A stretch of 64,000 nt of DNA, from positions 17,876,341 through 17,940,340 of the forward strand of contig NC_083409.1 of the NCBI RefSeq assembly GCF_020745735.1, in the 5' to 3' direction. Below the pieces are notes generated by a model. It was not told the DNA's origin. It was given only the letters and a program-made list of their open reading frames with translations, and did not search any database. Shown here in pieces: positions 23,850-34,816 of the stretch. Origin of the DNA: Hemiscyllium ocellatum. Its lineage: Eukaryota. Within the stretch, counting starts at the first letter, position 1; every line of letters starts with the position of its first letter. A program made the translations under genes and the position numbers.

Positions 23850-26710
23850 CATTATCCAATGCATTAATAAATAATGTAAATAATTGAGGTGTGCGCACAC
23901 ATTCCTATTGGACACCACTGGTCACATCCTGCCAATTTCAGCACTTAGCCATGATCCCTATTTTCTGTCACCTGTCACTCAACCAATTTCGGTATGGCAG
24001 TATTTTAGCCTCAATTCTGTGGATTTCTAACTGAGTTGACAGTTTCTTACATGGGATTTTATCAAATGCCTTCTGGAAGTCCCCATAAACAACATCCATT
24101 GACATTACTGTGTCCAGTAATTTTGTTTCCTCTTAAAAAATGTTCAATGAGATTTTTCACCATGACCAACTTGTCATGAATTCATGCTGATTCTCCCTGA
24201 TTAACTAACCATTTTCAAGGTCATCAGTTACCCCCATCCTTGATTATAGACTCCAACAATTTCCACACCACAAACGTTGGCTTAGTGACCTGTAATTCCC
24301 TGGCTTTTCTCTAACATCCTTGTTAAATGTGAAATGAAATTTGCAATTTTCCAGTTCAGAGGTACGACTCCTGAATCCAGGTAACTCTGAAAGATTATAG
24401 TCAGGGTATCTGCAATCTGGTCTATTATTACTTTATCACCCTCAGGTCCTGAGGATTTGTCACTCTTTAGTTCCATTATTCTCCTTATTACACATGCTAT
24501 ATTGACATTAACTTTATTCAGGTGTCACAGTAGTTAGCACTGCTGCCTCACAGCACCAGAGTCCCAGGTTCAATTCCAGCCTTGGGCAATTGCCTGTGTG
24601 GAGTTTGCACATTGTCTGCATGGGTTTCCTCCTACTATCCAAAGATGTGCAGGTCAGGTGAATTGGCCATACTAAATTGCCCATAATGTTAATTGCATTA
24701 GTCAGAGGGAAAATGGGTCTGGGTGGGTTACTCTTCGGAGGGTCAGTGTGGACTGGTTGGGCCAAAAGGCATGTTTGCACACTGCAGGGAATTTTATCAG
24801 TCCCTGACACAGATCCTCTGTTAATTCCTTTTGGACTTCAGGCAAGTCCTCTTCCTTTTCTACTGCAAATCTTGAGGTAAAGTATTTATTTAACATGGCT
24901 GTCATTTCCCCATTGTCACTGACAATATCCCTCACTTTCAGTCTTTCATGGCCAATATTGCTCCTGACCTCCCAGCTTCCCTTTTATGGAACTGTAACAT
25001 TTCTCCTGATTGATTTTGTTATCCCTTACATGTTTCCTTTCAGAATCCCTTTTGGTAGCTCTTAGAAGCTGATATGGGGCCCTTTTGTATCCTTCCCATT
25101 CAGCGGAATTTGTCCTTATTTTTTGCTTTTCTGTCAGCCTTTTTCAAACATTTTATTCTTTCCCTGATCTCTTTAATTGACCATTGTTGTTTGTTCGCTT
25201 TTCCCTCTCAGGTATAAAGTGACTTTGTTTTGTGTTGAATGTTCCTTTAAATATTCCCCACTGTTCTTCAGTTGTTTTACCCATGAGCAGATTTTCCCAG
25301 TTTACTGTGGACAGTCTCTGTCGCATCTCGTTAAAGTCGACCCTTACCTTAATCTCAAAATCTAGCAGCTGATTCATGCTTTTTACTTTCAAATGCGACA
25401 CTGAACTAGATCATGTTATGATCACTATTTGATAAATGTTCATGCACAAATAGTTACGAACTAAATCTGGCTCATTATTCATTACTAATTCCAATATTGC
25501 TTGTCCCCTTGTTGTATCCAGGACCTATTGCTGTTGGAAACTATTCTGGACACACAGCAGCAATTCACTACCTTTCTGACAGAGGGCTTGTCTGTCTCCC
25601 AATCTCAGTTGAAGTTAAACTTCCCCATTAATAATACACTGGCTTTGCTACACACTTGTCTAGTTCCTCCATTTATATAATCCAGCACCTCAGAGCTGCT
25701 GTCAGGGGGGTCTGTATCCAACATCTACTACAGTTTTAGATCCTTTCCTGCTCCTCAGTTCCACTGAATGTTTTCTCCTCATTATGACCTCCCTCACCAT
25801 TGAAGCCATTTTTTCCCTCATCAATAAAGCTGCTCCACCTCTTCTGCCATTTCCCATATCCAGAGTTATCAAGACCTCTCTTTTCTTTATGCTCCCCCAA
25901 TCTGAGTGGCCTCCTGGACCATGGTGCAGTGGTTTCCTTCGTTCATTCATAGGAAATGGACATCTCTGGCCAAGCCAGCAATGACTGCCCGTAGGAGTCA
26001 TCGAATTATAGAATCCATACCGTGTGAAACAGGCCATTCAGACCAATGAGTCCACACCAACATTCTGAAGAGCATCCCACCCAGACTTGTCTCCCTACCT
26101 TATCCCTGTAAATCTGCATCTCCCATGGCTAATGCACCTAACCTACACATCCCTACATTTTCCCGAGTTTAGACATTATAATTTCTGCTCTATCTTTATC
26201 TTTTTATATAATGACTTTGAAACTTACAGAGTTATGGTCACTATCACCAAAATCCTCAAACTACATTTGCCCATTCTCTCGACAATCCTTTTCCTCATTG
26301 ACACAGGGAGCAAGTACCTCATTCCTGTTGGACAAGGAGCTGAGGCACCTGTAAGGCTAAATCCAGGCTGCATCGACCTGTTCACTTTTGGTCACACCCT
26401 CCTGTCCCTGACCACTGGCCATAATTTGAAGTATTTAACCTACAAGGTGTGACTGTCTCCCCAAACACAGTGTCCAGGTAACTCTCCCCCTCCTTGATGT
26501 GTCGCAGTGTTTGAAGCTCAGATTCCAGCTCATCAACTCGGAGCTGGAGTGCCTTGAGCAACCAACACTTGCTGTAGATGTGGTCACTCTGAGCTACAAT
26601 GGGCTCCACCACCTTCCCATCGTACAATTACTACACATCGCCTGGCCCTGTATGTGGAAATTATTTGAGGAGATTTTAATTTATATTTTAAAATTTGCTG
26701 CTGGTCTTTA
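23850..26710 (-). mobile_element. Old fragmented CR1 (RT, APE, ORF1 N-terminal piece)
   Basis: GVVPLNWKIAN, APE remnant about 25250-25900, CSKCWLLKALQLRVDELESELQTLRHI at 26382-26627. Confidence 0.75.
24520..24800 (+). mobile_element. tRNA-derived SINE (HE1-like)
   Basis: CACAGTAGTTAGCACTGCTGCCTCACAG..CCAGGTTCAATTCC head and TGGAGTTTGCACATT..GATGTGCAGGTCAGGTGAATTGGCCATACTAAATTGCCC body. Confidence 0.85.
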
Positions 26711-27084
26711 GTTTTTAATCTGTAAAATATTTCCGTCCAGGAGACAGAGAAGATGCCAGCACAGGAGGAGGCTGTTCAGCCCCTCGTGTCAGTGCTAGCT
26801 GTTTACGAGCCTCAATAACAATGAACATCTCCATTGAATGTCTGTTGTCAGGAAGTGATTGAGTCTGTTTTTAGAGACAGAATAACGGACAAATATGAAC
26901 TGGTCTGAGAGAATCAGCATGGATTGACAAAGGTTCAGACATCTTTAACTAACCGGGTTACACTTTGTTAGGAGCTCACTAGTGTGGGATATAAGGGAAT
27001 GTGGATGTCTATTGTCTATAGGGAATTCCAAAAGACATTTAAGAATGTTCCACAAAAGAAACATTGATTCAGATCTTACACTCC

Positions 27085-27212
27085 ACAACCATCTGATGAA
27101 GGAGCAGCGCTCCAAACGCTAATGCTTCCAAACAAAGCTGTTGCATTAGAAGCTGGTGTTCTGTGATTTTTAACATTTACACGACAGTCCAACACCGGCA
27201 TCTCCAAATCAT
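27085..27212 (+). mobile_element. Penelope pseudo-LTR fragment (family B) with degenerate hammerhead
   Basis: CAT-CTGATGA-A-GGAGC-AGC-GCTCC then AAACGCTA, so the GAAA is damaged. Same family as 35268-35469. Confidence 0.7.
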
Positions 27213-27229
27213 GGAATTGGATGGAATTT

Positions 27230-28155
27230 GAGAAATGCATTTGCCTTGGGTCAGGAATGGGTCTGTCTAGGAGACAGAGAGGAAGGATAATGTGCATGTG
27301 TTCCAATGAGCCAGTGTGAGGAGTGGTATTCCCAGGGATCTGTGCTGGGACCTCAGCTTTTCACGATATTTCTCAATGACTTGGATGAAGAAACAGAGGG
27401 CCGTATATCCAAGATTATTGATCACACTGAGTGAGGCAGCTTGGAGGAGGTCACAGAGATAGGGAGGGTGGAACAACAGGGAGCAGATTGAGAACAAGGA
27501 TGAGAATTTGAAAATCGAGGTGTTGCTGGACCAGGAGCTTATGTCAGTCAATGAGGATTGTGGTGGTTATGGTGGGGTGGGGAGGCGTGGGCAGGGGTAT
27601 GGGGTGGACTTGGTGTGAGTTTGAACACAGACAGCAGAGTTTGGGATGAGCTGATGTTTAAGGAAGCCAGTGGCTGTGATGTGGGCCTGGACAACATTGG
27701 AATGGTCACAAAAACATGGTTGAGATTTTCAGTGGCTGATAATTGTGATGTGGAGGATTTGGGCCTCAAATCAGCCCCAAAGATGAGGCCAAAGTTGTGA
27801 AGAGTCTGGTTGAGCAGCAGATAGTACTCAGGGAGAGGGATGGAGCTTGTATCAGGAGCTGAAGAGGATGGCTTTGATTCTGCCAATGTGTTTCCCAGTG
27901 AGCCTGGCTCCTCAGTCCTGACTGCTCTTAGCTGCTGTGAATGTCACTGATTGGACACTTATTATTAGAGATTCTGACCACAGTAGAAAGCCCCAATGTA
28001 AAAAATAAACGCAAAGACTGTCAGAGTACAAGGTTGAAACTTCACCAAGAGAGGAAGTGAAAGAAGGAGCTCGGAGCAGCTGGGTGTTTGTTACTGAGAC
28101 GGGAGAAAACTGTAAACTGTCTGCACTCCCTGGAATCTGACAACACAGGAGGAGG
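27230..28155 (-). repeat. Copy 2 of the inverted duplicated block (CR1 + L2 remnants + unique motif-rich part)
   Basis: Reverse complement of 3630-4540. L2 RT remnant LLLNQTLHNFGLIFG..ENLNHVFVT. Confidence 0.85.
27977..28082. promoter_or_regulatory. Candidate B-cell enhancer (RUNX + PU.1/IRF EICE + E-box)
   Basis: ACCACA 27977-82, GAGGAAGTGAAA 28051-62, CAGCTG 28077-82. All three are also intact in the copy at 3703-3808. Function is inferred. Confidence 0.55.
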
Positions 28156-28469
28156 CAATTCAGCCCATCATGCCTTTGAATGACCCAGTGAATCCCACTG
28201 CTCCCCTCTCTCTCCCCATAACCCAGCAAATCTTTCCTTTACAGCTCAATCTCCAATTCTCTCTTATAGACCTCATGTCCACAGAGTGAGACTGCCCTGA
28301 ACCTGGGCTTCAAATTGGCATCTCATTCATTCATTGGGAGACAAACTGCCTGGGCTGGGAAATGGAGTTCAGGATCCTGAACATTCCCTCTCCCCTCCTG
28401 AGGAACACTTCATTTGGTTTTGCATATTCACTTGTGGGAAGGGGCTTCACCGGCTGGGCCAACATTTTT

Positions 28470-30450
28470 TACCCTGTCCCTAGTTGCCCTGGAGAAGGCG
28501 GTGGGAACCTGACTTTTTGACTATAGTCCACAAGACGTAAGTTGACCCACAATGCTGTTGGGGAGAGAATGCCAGCATTTTAACCCAGCAAGGCTGAGGG
28601 ATCAGCGACATATTTCCAAGTCCGGATGCTAAGCTTTTTGAGGGGAACTTGCAGCTCACAGTGTTCCCATGTATCTGCTGCTCTTGTTCTAAATGGAAGT
28701 GAACGTGGGTTTGGAGGGAAACCAAAAGAACTGCAGATGCTGTAAATCTGAGACAAAAATAGAAAGTGCTGGAAAAGCTCAGCAGGTCTGGCAGCATCTG
28801 TGAAGAGAAATCAGAGTTAATATTTCATGCTCAACCCGAAATGTTAATTCTGATTTCTCTCCAAGATGCTGCCAGACCTGCTGAGCTTTTCCTGCAATTT
28901 CTATTTTTGTCCATGGGTTTGGAAGGTGCTATCTGAAGATCGGTGATGAATTTCTGCAGTGCATCTTTTCGATAATACACACTGCTGCTATGGAGCGTCA
29001 GTGACAGTGAGTTTGGATGCTTTGAGAATGTGATGCCAATCAAGGAGTTTGCTTTGCTCTGGATGGTATCAAGCTTTTTGAGTGGATAAGAAAGACATAG
29101 GATACAATCGACATAGATAGGAAAGGTTTCAAGGGATATGTGTGAAATGCAGGCAAATAAGATGAGTTCACTTCAGAAAACCTGGTCAGCATGTAGAAGT
29201 TTGGCTTAAGGGTTTGTTCCTGTGCTGTATGACTCTGTGAATGTTGTTGGAGCTGCACCTGTCCAGGCAAGTGGGGAGTATTTGCTCACACTCCTGACTT
29301 GGTTGACAGGCTTTGGGGGATCAGGAGGTGAATTACTGGATGCAGTATTTCTAGCCTCTAACTTGCTCTTGTAACCACTGTGTTTCTTTTGTGAATCCAG
29401 TTGTGTTTCTGGTCAATGGCACCTCAAGAATGTTGATCGTGGGGATTCAGTGATGGTAATAGCATTGATTGTCAAGGGGCGATGTTAAGTTTGTCTCTTA
29501 TTGGTGATGGTGATTGGCTGGCATTTGCATGGCACCAATGGGAAATGTCACTTCTCAGACAAAACCTGGATATTGTCCAGATATTGTTGCATTTGCACGT
29601 GGACTGCTTCAGTATCTGAGGAGTTGAGAAGAGTGCTGAGCATTATGCAATCTTTGCCAATCATCCCCATTTACGAGTTTGCCTTGAGTTGCAATATCTG
29701 TTTGGAGTCTGTCCTATTTAGTACGGTGATAGTACCACAACACAATGGAGGAGATTCTCAATGTGAAGGTCAGACTTTGTTTCCACAAGGACTGTGTGCT
29801 GGTCACTCTTACCAATACTGTCAAGGATAGATGCACCTACAGCCACAAGATTGGTGAGGATGGGGTCAAGCATCTTTTTCCATCTTTTGGTTCCAGCTGC
29901 AGAGCCAGTCCCTCAGCTACATCCATGAGGAACCAACCAGCTCGATCAGTAATGCTGCTGCCGAGCCACTCTCAGTGGTGGACATTGAAACCCCCCACCC
30001 AGAGTACACTCTCTGCTGTCATCACCCTCAGTGCTTCCTCCAAATGTTGTTCAACACCCAGGAGAGACTGATTCATCAGCCGAGGGAGCAAGATATCTTG
30101 TAATCACCAGGAGGTTTCCACGCCCATGTTTAACCTGGTTTCATGAGGTCCAGAGCCAGCTTTGAGATTTCCCAGGGTAACTCCCTTCTGGCTGTAGACC
30201 ACTGTGTCATCAGCTCTGCTGGGTCTGCCTTTCTGGTGGGACAGGACACATGCAGGGACAGTGATGGTGGTGTCTGGGACATTGTCTGTATGGTTCTGTG
30301 AGTATGACAGTGTCAGGCTGTTGCTTGACTAGTCTGTGAGACAGCTTTCCTGAATTTGGCACTAGCTCCCAGATGTCAGTAAGGAGGATGGAGCAGGGTA
30401 GACAGGGCTGTTTCTGTCATTGTCTTTTCGGTGTCTAGATCGATGCCTGT
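28470..30450 (-). mobile_element. Second LINE family (APE to 3' end), fragmented
   Basis: Co-linear with 2950-3460 and 49500-49930. Its 3' end matches 59080-59345 in reverse. Confidence 0.7.
28719..28913. mobile_element. Fold-back Penelope pseudo-LTR module (family C) with TSD
   Basis: Arms 28755-28826 and 28836-28910 are inverted copies. Flanked by TGGGTTTGGAGGG / TGGGTTTGGAAGG (28706-18, 28914-26). Confidence 0.8.
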
Positions 30451-31379
30451 GGTCCGTCCGGTCTCATTTCTTTGTTGAAACATTGTCACAATTGATAAAA
30501 CTGAGAGCCTTGCGCGGCCATTTCAGAGGGCACTAGAGAGTCAACCACATTGCTAGAGGACAGTGCCGTGTACCCCAGCAGTACATTCCCACCTCCCCCA
30601 CTTCCCCATTCTGTATATGGAAGGCGGAAGCCTGCCAGCAGGATATTCAACCGCAGGAGCTATCACAGCCCGTGTGCAATTCTGTCCCCACATTAAATCC
30701 ACACAAATCTTGAATTCACATAACTCCTTCAATATCCAAACATTCCAAGAATGTTCACAAAGTTGCAGTAAGAGGGATGGGGGAGAGGGTGGAGGAACAT
30801 AAGAACTAGGAGCAGGAGCAGGCAATTCAGCCCCTCGAGCCCACTCCACCATTTAATACAATCATGGCTGATCCCATCTCAGACTCAACTCCACTTTCCT
30901 GCCCACTCTCCATCATCCTTTAACCCATTACCCATTAAATATCTGTCCATCTCCTCCTTGGTGTGAGACAGGGAAGGGACCACTCCATTTCAGAAAAGAC
31001 TGACCATGGAAGGGGAAGGAGAGGGGAAGGGATTGGAACATGTTGTGAATGGACAGGATGGGTCAGTGGGTCAGAGCTTGTCCTGTGCCTCCAACTCACG
31101 CTGATGATCTGAGGATCTCCTCTCTCTGCTGGGCCTTCATGGAATGAGCTTTGTGTCCAAATCAGTCCCCAGTGAGAATAGGCCAACAGCACAGAACTGC
31201 ACAGAACTGCCCTTCATTTGACCAGAATCTGTCCATCTTCCTGAGAGAGGCCAAACCCTGGTCAACGTGGAAATGGGGCCTTACTCCAGGAGAAGACAGG
31301 GGTCAAGGGTTAACATCCATTAGTGGAGCAGAGCAGAGGGAGATTTATCCTGCATTCAACTGTCACCACCCAGGACACT

Positions 31380-31440
31380 GTCAGAAAGAGAGAGCAGTGA
31401 GGCAGAGAGAGAGATGGAGGGAAAAATGGTGAGTGTGGGC

Positions 31441-31471
<31 letters not shown>

Positions 31472-31474
31472 AGT

Positions 31475-31510
<36 letters not shown>

Positions 31511-32120
31511 TAGAGGGACGAGCATCTGATACGGTGTAAGATATGTGAGGGGACCGAGAGAGTTAGAGGGAGGTAGAAATGGTGAGGCTGAGGGATAGAG
31601 AGTGAAACAAGATGTGAGACAGTGTGACTGAGAGGGATGGAGAGAGAGAGAGACAATGAGAGAGAGAGAGAGAGTGAGAGACAGGATGGGTGTGAGACTA
31701 AGCATGAAGAGAGTTGAGAGGGAGGGTAGGGTTGAGTGTGAGAGAGAGAGATGAGTATGGGTAGATTTATAAAGACAGAGAGAGAGAGGGAGAGAGACTG
31801 TAAATTGGGAGGTCGAGAGGGAAGGAGAGAGAAAGAGGGAGGAATAGAGAGTGACAGATAACAATTGGAGGCTTTTAATTGAAGTGAGAGAGGGAGCGAG
31901 TAACAGAGACAGTGAGAGATGGAGAAACAGATGATAAGATGGAGTGAGAAAGCATCAGTGAGTTGGAGAGAGTGGCTATGAGACAGAGTGTGTGTGTGTG
32001 TGTGAGAGAGAGGGGGAGAGAGAGAGAGAGAGAGAGAGAACATGAAAGAGATTAACAGTGGGAGAGAGAGGTAGAGGTAGAGAGAAAGAAATGGCAGATG
32101 TGAGTCAGAGAGAGAGAGGG
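31380..32120. repeat. Compound (GT)n/(GA)n low-complexity, purine-rich tract
   Basis: (GT)n at about 31445-31471 and 31987-32003, multiple (GA)n runs. The + strand is strongly purine-biased. Confidence 0.9.
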
Positions 32121-32129
32121 ACAGGTCCT

Positions 32130-33120
32130 GGTCACCACACTCTGGGAAGAATGTGATTGTACCTGAGAGGGTACAGGGGAGATTTCCCAGGATGCTGCCT
32201 GAATGTGAGCTTTGAGCAGTGAAGGCTTAACAGGGACCTGATAGAGAGGGATAAGATTATTCAGAACAGTGACAGGGTAGGTAGGATGGCACTTTTTACA
32301 TGAGTAAAAGACTTAAAAACCTGGTACAGAGATTGAAGGTAACACAGACATGGACACGTAGAAACTTGGAGCAGCAGTAGGCCATTCGGCCCTTTGAGTC
32401 TGCTCTGTCATTCAGTATGATCATGGCTGTATCAATTTTTGAATGTCATCATTTCTTTGAGGGTCAGTGTGGGCTTGTCGGGCCAAATGGCCTGTTTCCA
32501 CACTGTAGGCATTCTATGATCTATGGCTGATCCTCTCTCTCAAAGCCATATTCCTGCGTTCTCCCCATTCTCTTCAAGTTGTTAAAATGCAAAACAATTA
32601 TCTCTCTTGTTTTCTTGAATATATTCAGTTCCTTGTCCTCCACAGCCTTCAGTGGTAGCGAATTCCACAGGTTGACCACCCTCTGAGTGAAGAAATGTTT
32701 CCTCATCTCAGTCCTAAATGGTCTACCCTGTATCCCCCGAGCCTGTGTCCCCTGGTTCCAAACTCCCCAACCAGGGGAAACCTCCTCCCTGCCCAGCCCT
32801 GTTACAATTTTATATGTTTCAATCAGATCCCCTCTCATCGTTCTGAACACGAGTGAGTCCATGGCCAGGCGAGTTGGAGAATTGGAGAGTGAGAGGAGAG
32901 TTGAGAAGAAATGTTTTCACCCAGAGGGTGGTGGGAGTCTGGAACTCACTGCCTGAAAGGCTGGTTGAGTCACAAACTCTCGTGACATTGGAGCAGTGTT
33001 TAGATATTCCCTTGTGTTGCTGTAACCTCCAGGGTAACGGGCCAAGAGCTGGAGGATGGGATTAGTGTCATCAGACCGCTGTTTACCAGCACAGACACAA
33101 TGGGCCAAATGGCCTCATTC
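32130..33120. mobile_element. Three CR1 3' fragments (+, -, +) just upstream of the V promoter
   Basis: RKHFFTQRVVNLWNSLP on minus (32521-32850); RRNVFTQRVVGVWNSLP on plus (32853-33065). Confidence 0.8.
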
Positions 33121-33179
33121 AATGTTGTTCACATCAATGACTCTGAGACAGACAGAGAGAGAGAGAGAGAGAGAGAGAA

Positions 33180-33276
33180 GAGGAAGTGTGAGGGGCTGAC
33201 GTGGCTCTCTCTGCCTGATGCCATTTACATACTGAGGAACACCCAGTCAGACTCTCACAGGCTGCAGCTTTATAAA
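33180..33276 (+). promoter_or_regulatory. Ig light-chain V promoter
   Basis: GAGGAAGT (PU.1/ETS box) 33180-33187, TGACGT (CRE-like) 33197-33202, ATTTACAT (1 mismatch to the Ig octamer ATTTGCAT) 33223-33230, TATAAA 33271-33276, 61 bp before the leader ATG. Confidence 0.75.
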
Positions 33277-33336
33277 GCAGAGCCCAGTGAAGGGAGAGTT
33301 TATCAGGAACCAGGCACAGGGACAGGAGCACACACC

Positions 33337-33385
33337 ATGATTTCACACATCCAGCTGATCTGGCCCCTGGCATTCTGTGTCGCAG
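33337..33385 (+). CDS. IGKV: Ig kappa-type (NS4/type III) V leader exon
   Basis: ATG..MISHIQLIWPLAFCVA + G, ending at phase-1 donor GCAG|GTACAA. A 186-nt intron (33386-33571) ends with pyrimidine tract + CAG. Splices in frame to [10 protein letters not shown]. Confidence 0.93.
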
Positions 33386-33571
33386 GTACAAATCTCTCTC
33401 CTTCCACCTTGAATCTTTAGCTGCTCTCCATTTCACTCCAATTCCACTGACTTGTGATTGAAGGGAAAATGCTGAAACCAGAGGAATGCTCAGTGTCTCC
33501 AACAATCTCTCATTTGACAGGCTCTTTCTGTGACAGTTCTGACTTCACTGTGTTTCTCTCTGACCCCTCAG

Positions 33572-33870
33572 GTATCAGTGGGGACATCACCATGACCCAG
33601 TCTCCCCCGGTGCTGTCAGTGGGACTGGGCCAGACCGCAACCATCACCTGTAAGGCCAGTCAAAGCATTAGCAGCAACCTTGCTTGGTACCAGCAGCGAG
33701 AAGGTCAGAAACCCTCTCTCCTGATCTATTATGCAACAAATCGATTCACAGGAGTCTCCGATCGATTCACCGGCAGTGGATCAGGGACCAGTTACACCCT
33801 GACAATCAGCAACGTTCAGAATGAGGATGTCGCTGACTATTACTGTCAGCAGTATAGCAGCTACCCTCAA
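33572..33870 (+). CDS. IGKV: Ig kappa-type light-chain V exon, germline unrearranged, open frame
   Basis: [96 protein letters not shown]. Both canonical Cys, WYQQ and DxADYYC are intact. The assignment to shark NS4/kappa is from recall of the family plus the 12-bp V RSS. Confidence 0.97.
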
Positions 33871-33898
33871 CACAGTGACACAGAGCTGTACAAAAAGC
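33871..33898 (+). other. V recombination signal sequence, 12-bp spacer
   Basis: CACAGTG (33871-77) + ACACAGAGCTGT (12 nt) + ACAAAAAGC (33890-98, 8/9 to ACAAAAACC). Confidence 0.97.
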
Positions 33899-34330
33899 TC
33901 AACACGCACAACACCACCTCCTGTACTGACACATCGCACAGTTACATAAAATGTATAATAATGAACACACAGTCTCACCGCCTGAAGTGATATATCCAGT
34001 TAGATCTGAATGAAACTGATCAAATTACCCCAAACTGGGATTTCCACTGTCCACGGCACACTCCAGTCCCTGTGGTGTCTCAACGCTCACTGAAGGCCTC
34101 AAGTTTCCCTCTTACACTCCATGGCCACATGGAGCTGCCTCAAGATTTAACATCGAAAAATAAATTTCACAAACCTCCCGTGCCCAGCTGGAAACAACCC
34201 AGAGAGACAGAGAGGGAAAGACACATGAATGAGGGAGAGACAGAGAGGGGCAGGGAGAGGGTGAGAGTGAGCGATAGACACACAGAGACAGAGAGAGGTT
34301 GACAGTGATAAGAGGGAAGCAGAGAGCTGA

Positions 34331-34369
34331 GGTTTTTGTACAGCCTCTGCACTGGGAGCTCTCACTGTG
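34331..34369 (-). other. J recombination signal sequence, 23-bp spacer
   Basis: GGTTTTTGT (34331-39, perfect) + 23 nt + CACTGTG (34363-69, perfect). V12/J23 is the kappa configuration. Confidence 0.97.
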
Positions 34370-34404
34370 GCTTACGTTCGGTAAAGGAACCAAGCTCAGA
34401 CTGA
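34370..34404 (+). CDS. IGKJ: Ig kappa-type J segment
   Basis: G CTT ACG TTC GGT AAA GGA ACC AAG CTC AGA CTG A = LTFGKGTKLRL (FGxG motif), followed by donor GTAAGT at 34405. Confidence 0.96.
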
Positions 34405-34778
34405 GTAAGTAACCCTCCATCCTCTGTTATTAACCCTTTCAATACTGAAACACACTTTCTAAAATACAGTTGCTGATTTGTTGAAGGTGTTAGTGGGGAG
34501 CTGCAGTGAATGAAATGGTTGATTGAGGAGCACTGTGTCTAACAGGGTGTCCAGCTGTATTTCTTTACTTTCATGCCCTCTTTAAAAAAGCAAGATATAA
34601 GTCAGTAAGTTTTACTCACCGTGTGGAGGAGCTCTGTCCATTTGCAGCCTGTGGTCCCATTCCTGCAGCATGGAGTGAAATCAGTGAGTAGCCTCCTGCC
34701 AGTCTCAGTGTGACGGACACGGGGCAGAGTTTGATGTGAGCTCTGGCTCCCTGTCCCAGTCTCTGATCTCACTGACCT

Positions 34779-34814
<36 letters not shown>
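34779..34814. repeat. (CAG)12 trinucleotide repeat in the J-C intron
   Basis: 36 nt of perfect CAG, followed immediately by CACAGTG. Confidence 0.95.

Positions 34815-34816
<2 letters not shown>

Noticed and set aside
31310-32043. Long ORFs (184 and 220 aa) rich in Leu/Ser/His/Thr
   Set aside because: These are translations of (CT)n/(CA)n microsatellites, which lack stops by composition.
33523-33552. CACTGTG in the leader intron with an upstream T-rich nonamer-like stretch
   Set aside because: The best nonamer is 6/9 at a 14-nt spacing, so it is not a credible RSS.
33454-33571. ORF-track N-terminal extension of the V ORF (MIEGKMLK...)
   Set aside because: This is leader-intron sequence read in frame. 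The real start is the ATG at 33337, with canonical splice sites.
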